DNA of 64,000 bases, taken from Patescibacteria group bacterium. Lineage in GTDB: Bacteria > Patescibacteriota > Gracilibacteria > JAHISY01. Of this stretch, positions 63,292 to 64,000 are shown piece by piece. Location of the stretch: contig JBDRMN010000058.1 in NCBI GenBank assembly GCA_043812055.1, positions 184-64,183 of the forward strand, in the 5' to 3' direction. Position 1 is the stretch's first letter; each line of letters starts with the position of its first letter. Below the pieces are notes generated by a model. It searched no databases and was not told the DNA's origin. It saw nothing but the letters and a program-made list of their open reading frames with translations. Made by a program: the position numbers and the translations under genes.

Positions 63292-64000
63292 CTAAACGAT
63301 TTTACGAATGAGTGAAACAGAGTTCCACTTTTTGGAGCCTTTCGTTGGCCGCAAAACTTGATCGAACTCAACCGGAAAGCGCGCGGCAATTTCAGAGGCT
63401 CCCTCGTTGCGATAACCAAACTCACGAGTAGCAGGCAAGACGAGGATTTTCTGTGCCCGGGATTGCTTAAACGCCGCGGTAAAGCCGGCCACCGCGAAAT
63501 GCACCAGCAAGCTCCCAAACAAGCTTCCCGGTCCCAGCACAATTTTGTCAGCCTGTTTTAATAACTTCTTAATCTGCGGATTCAGTTTCGCTCCAGGTTG
63601 AAGTGAGATTCCTACGATTTTTTCATTCTTAAATTTCTGTGGCGGATGATCGAATTTATTCTCGCCTCGGATTTTTGCACCGCTCTCAAGCTTCCCAACC
63701 AGTTGCGAATTCGAAAATGAAACTGGCAACACCGCTGCTTCCGCAAACTTGCTGAAAATCTGAGTAGCTTTTTCGAAACCCAGCTCGCGCACCAATTCTA
63801 CCAGCGCCAGATTCCCCAGCGCGTGACCAATTGGTAAACGTTTCTCGAAAAACTTACTAATCGGTCCGGCAGTCGCTGACACACACCGGCGGAAGTCCCC
63901 TACTGCGGGAATACCGAATTTCTTTCGCAGCACCCCGCTCGAACCACCGTTGTCAAAAACAGTTGTCACCGCGACAACTTCGCTACTACGAACTTTCCGG
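63292..64000 (-). CDS. YvcK/CofD-like (UPF0052) protein, 5' end outside the window
   Basis: VTTVFDNGGSSGVLR...GDFRRC pattern. The frame stays open to position 64000 (hand check: ...RKVRSSEVVAVTTVFD), so the GTG shown in the ORF track is internal. Confidence 0.7.
   Translation of the reverse strand, partial: RKVRSSEVVAVTTVFDNGGSSGVLRKKFGIPAVGDFRRCVSATAGPISKFFEKRLPIGHALGNLALVELVRELGFEKATQIFSKFAEAAVLPVSFSNSQLVGKLESGAKIRGENKFDHPPQKFKNEKIVGISLQPGAKLNPQIKKLLKQADKIVLGPGSLFGSLLVHFAVAGFTAAFKQSRAQKILVLPATREFGYRNEGASEIAARFPVEFDQVLRPTKGSKKWNSVSLIRKIV

Noticed and set aside
1-64000. Alternative genetic code (UGA as Gly, as in Gracilibacteria/Absconditabacteria)
   Set aside because: Conserved genes are uninterrupted under the standard code. 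TGA terminates several well-delimited genes, for example gatB and porA.

Overview
This 64-kb window looks like it comes from a small-genome, CPR/Patescibacteria-like bacterium. That placement is inferred from gene content: a housekeeping core, fragmentary biosynthesis, a VirB4 ATPase, a TrbC/VirB2-like pilin, pyruvate:ferredoxin oxidoreductase and many lineage-specific ORFans. The genetic code is standard, with TGA acting as a stop. I call about 67 protein genes and one tRNA-Leu(GAG). The identifiable genes include xth, argS, holA, gatB, rsmA, trmD, ftsZ, ftsA, prs, hisE/I/F, thrS, trxA, ftsQ, dnaA, rplY, pyrE, udk, rpmG, asd, lysC, dnaX, mraY, porA, porB, greA and ruvC. I saw no rRNA, CRISPR array, integrase or transposase. 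The unusual content is mostly non-genic.

- **GIY-YIG cassettes:** two GIY-YIG nuclease genes, 84/100 identical, are each boxed in by nested inverted hairpin repeats. The two loci share an exact 32-mer at one cassette end. These are candidate mobile cassettes.
- **In-frame hairpin units:** related GC-rich units of the form TGTCC..GTAG-loop-CGAAGG.. occur between genes. They also occur in frame inside argS, a chorismate-mutase/TrpE-like gene and dnaX.
- **Spacer word arrays:** most spacers are filled with degenerate 7-8-nt word arrays arranged as long imperfect palindromes, and some word families are shared between distant loci.
- **Leaderless starts:** a TGTTAAAATCCC -10-like motif lies 6-8 nt before several start codons, which suggests leaderless mRNAs.

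Other points of interest:
- AT-rich ORFans, including a 945-aa membrane protein.
- A GAF-GGDEF-GAF-HD-GYP protein.
- A VirB4 with a 2 x ~105-aa tandem-repeat N-terminus.
- A helicase-dead DinG-like exonuclease.
- An ArgRS whose HIGH motif reads TIAN.

I cannot name a single proven new system. The hairpin/GIY-YIG repeat family is the best candidate.
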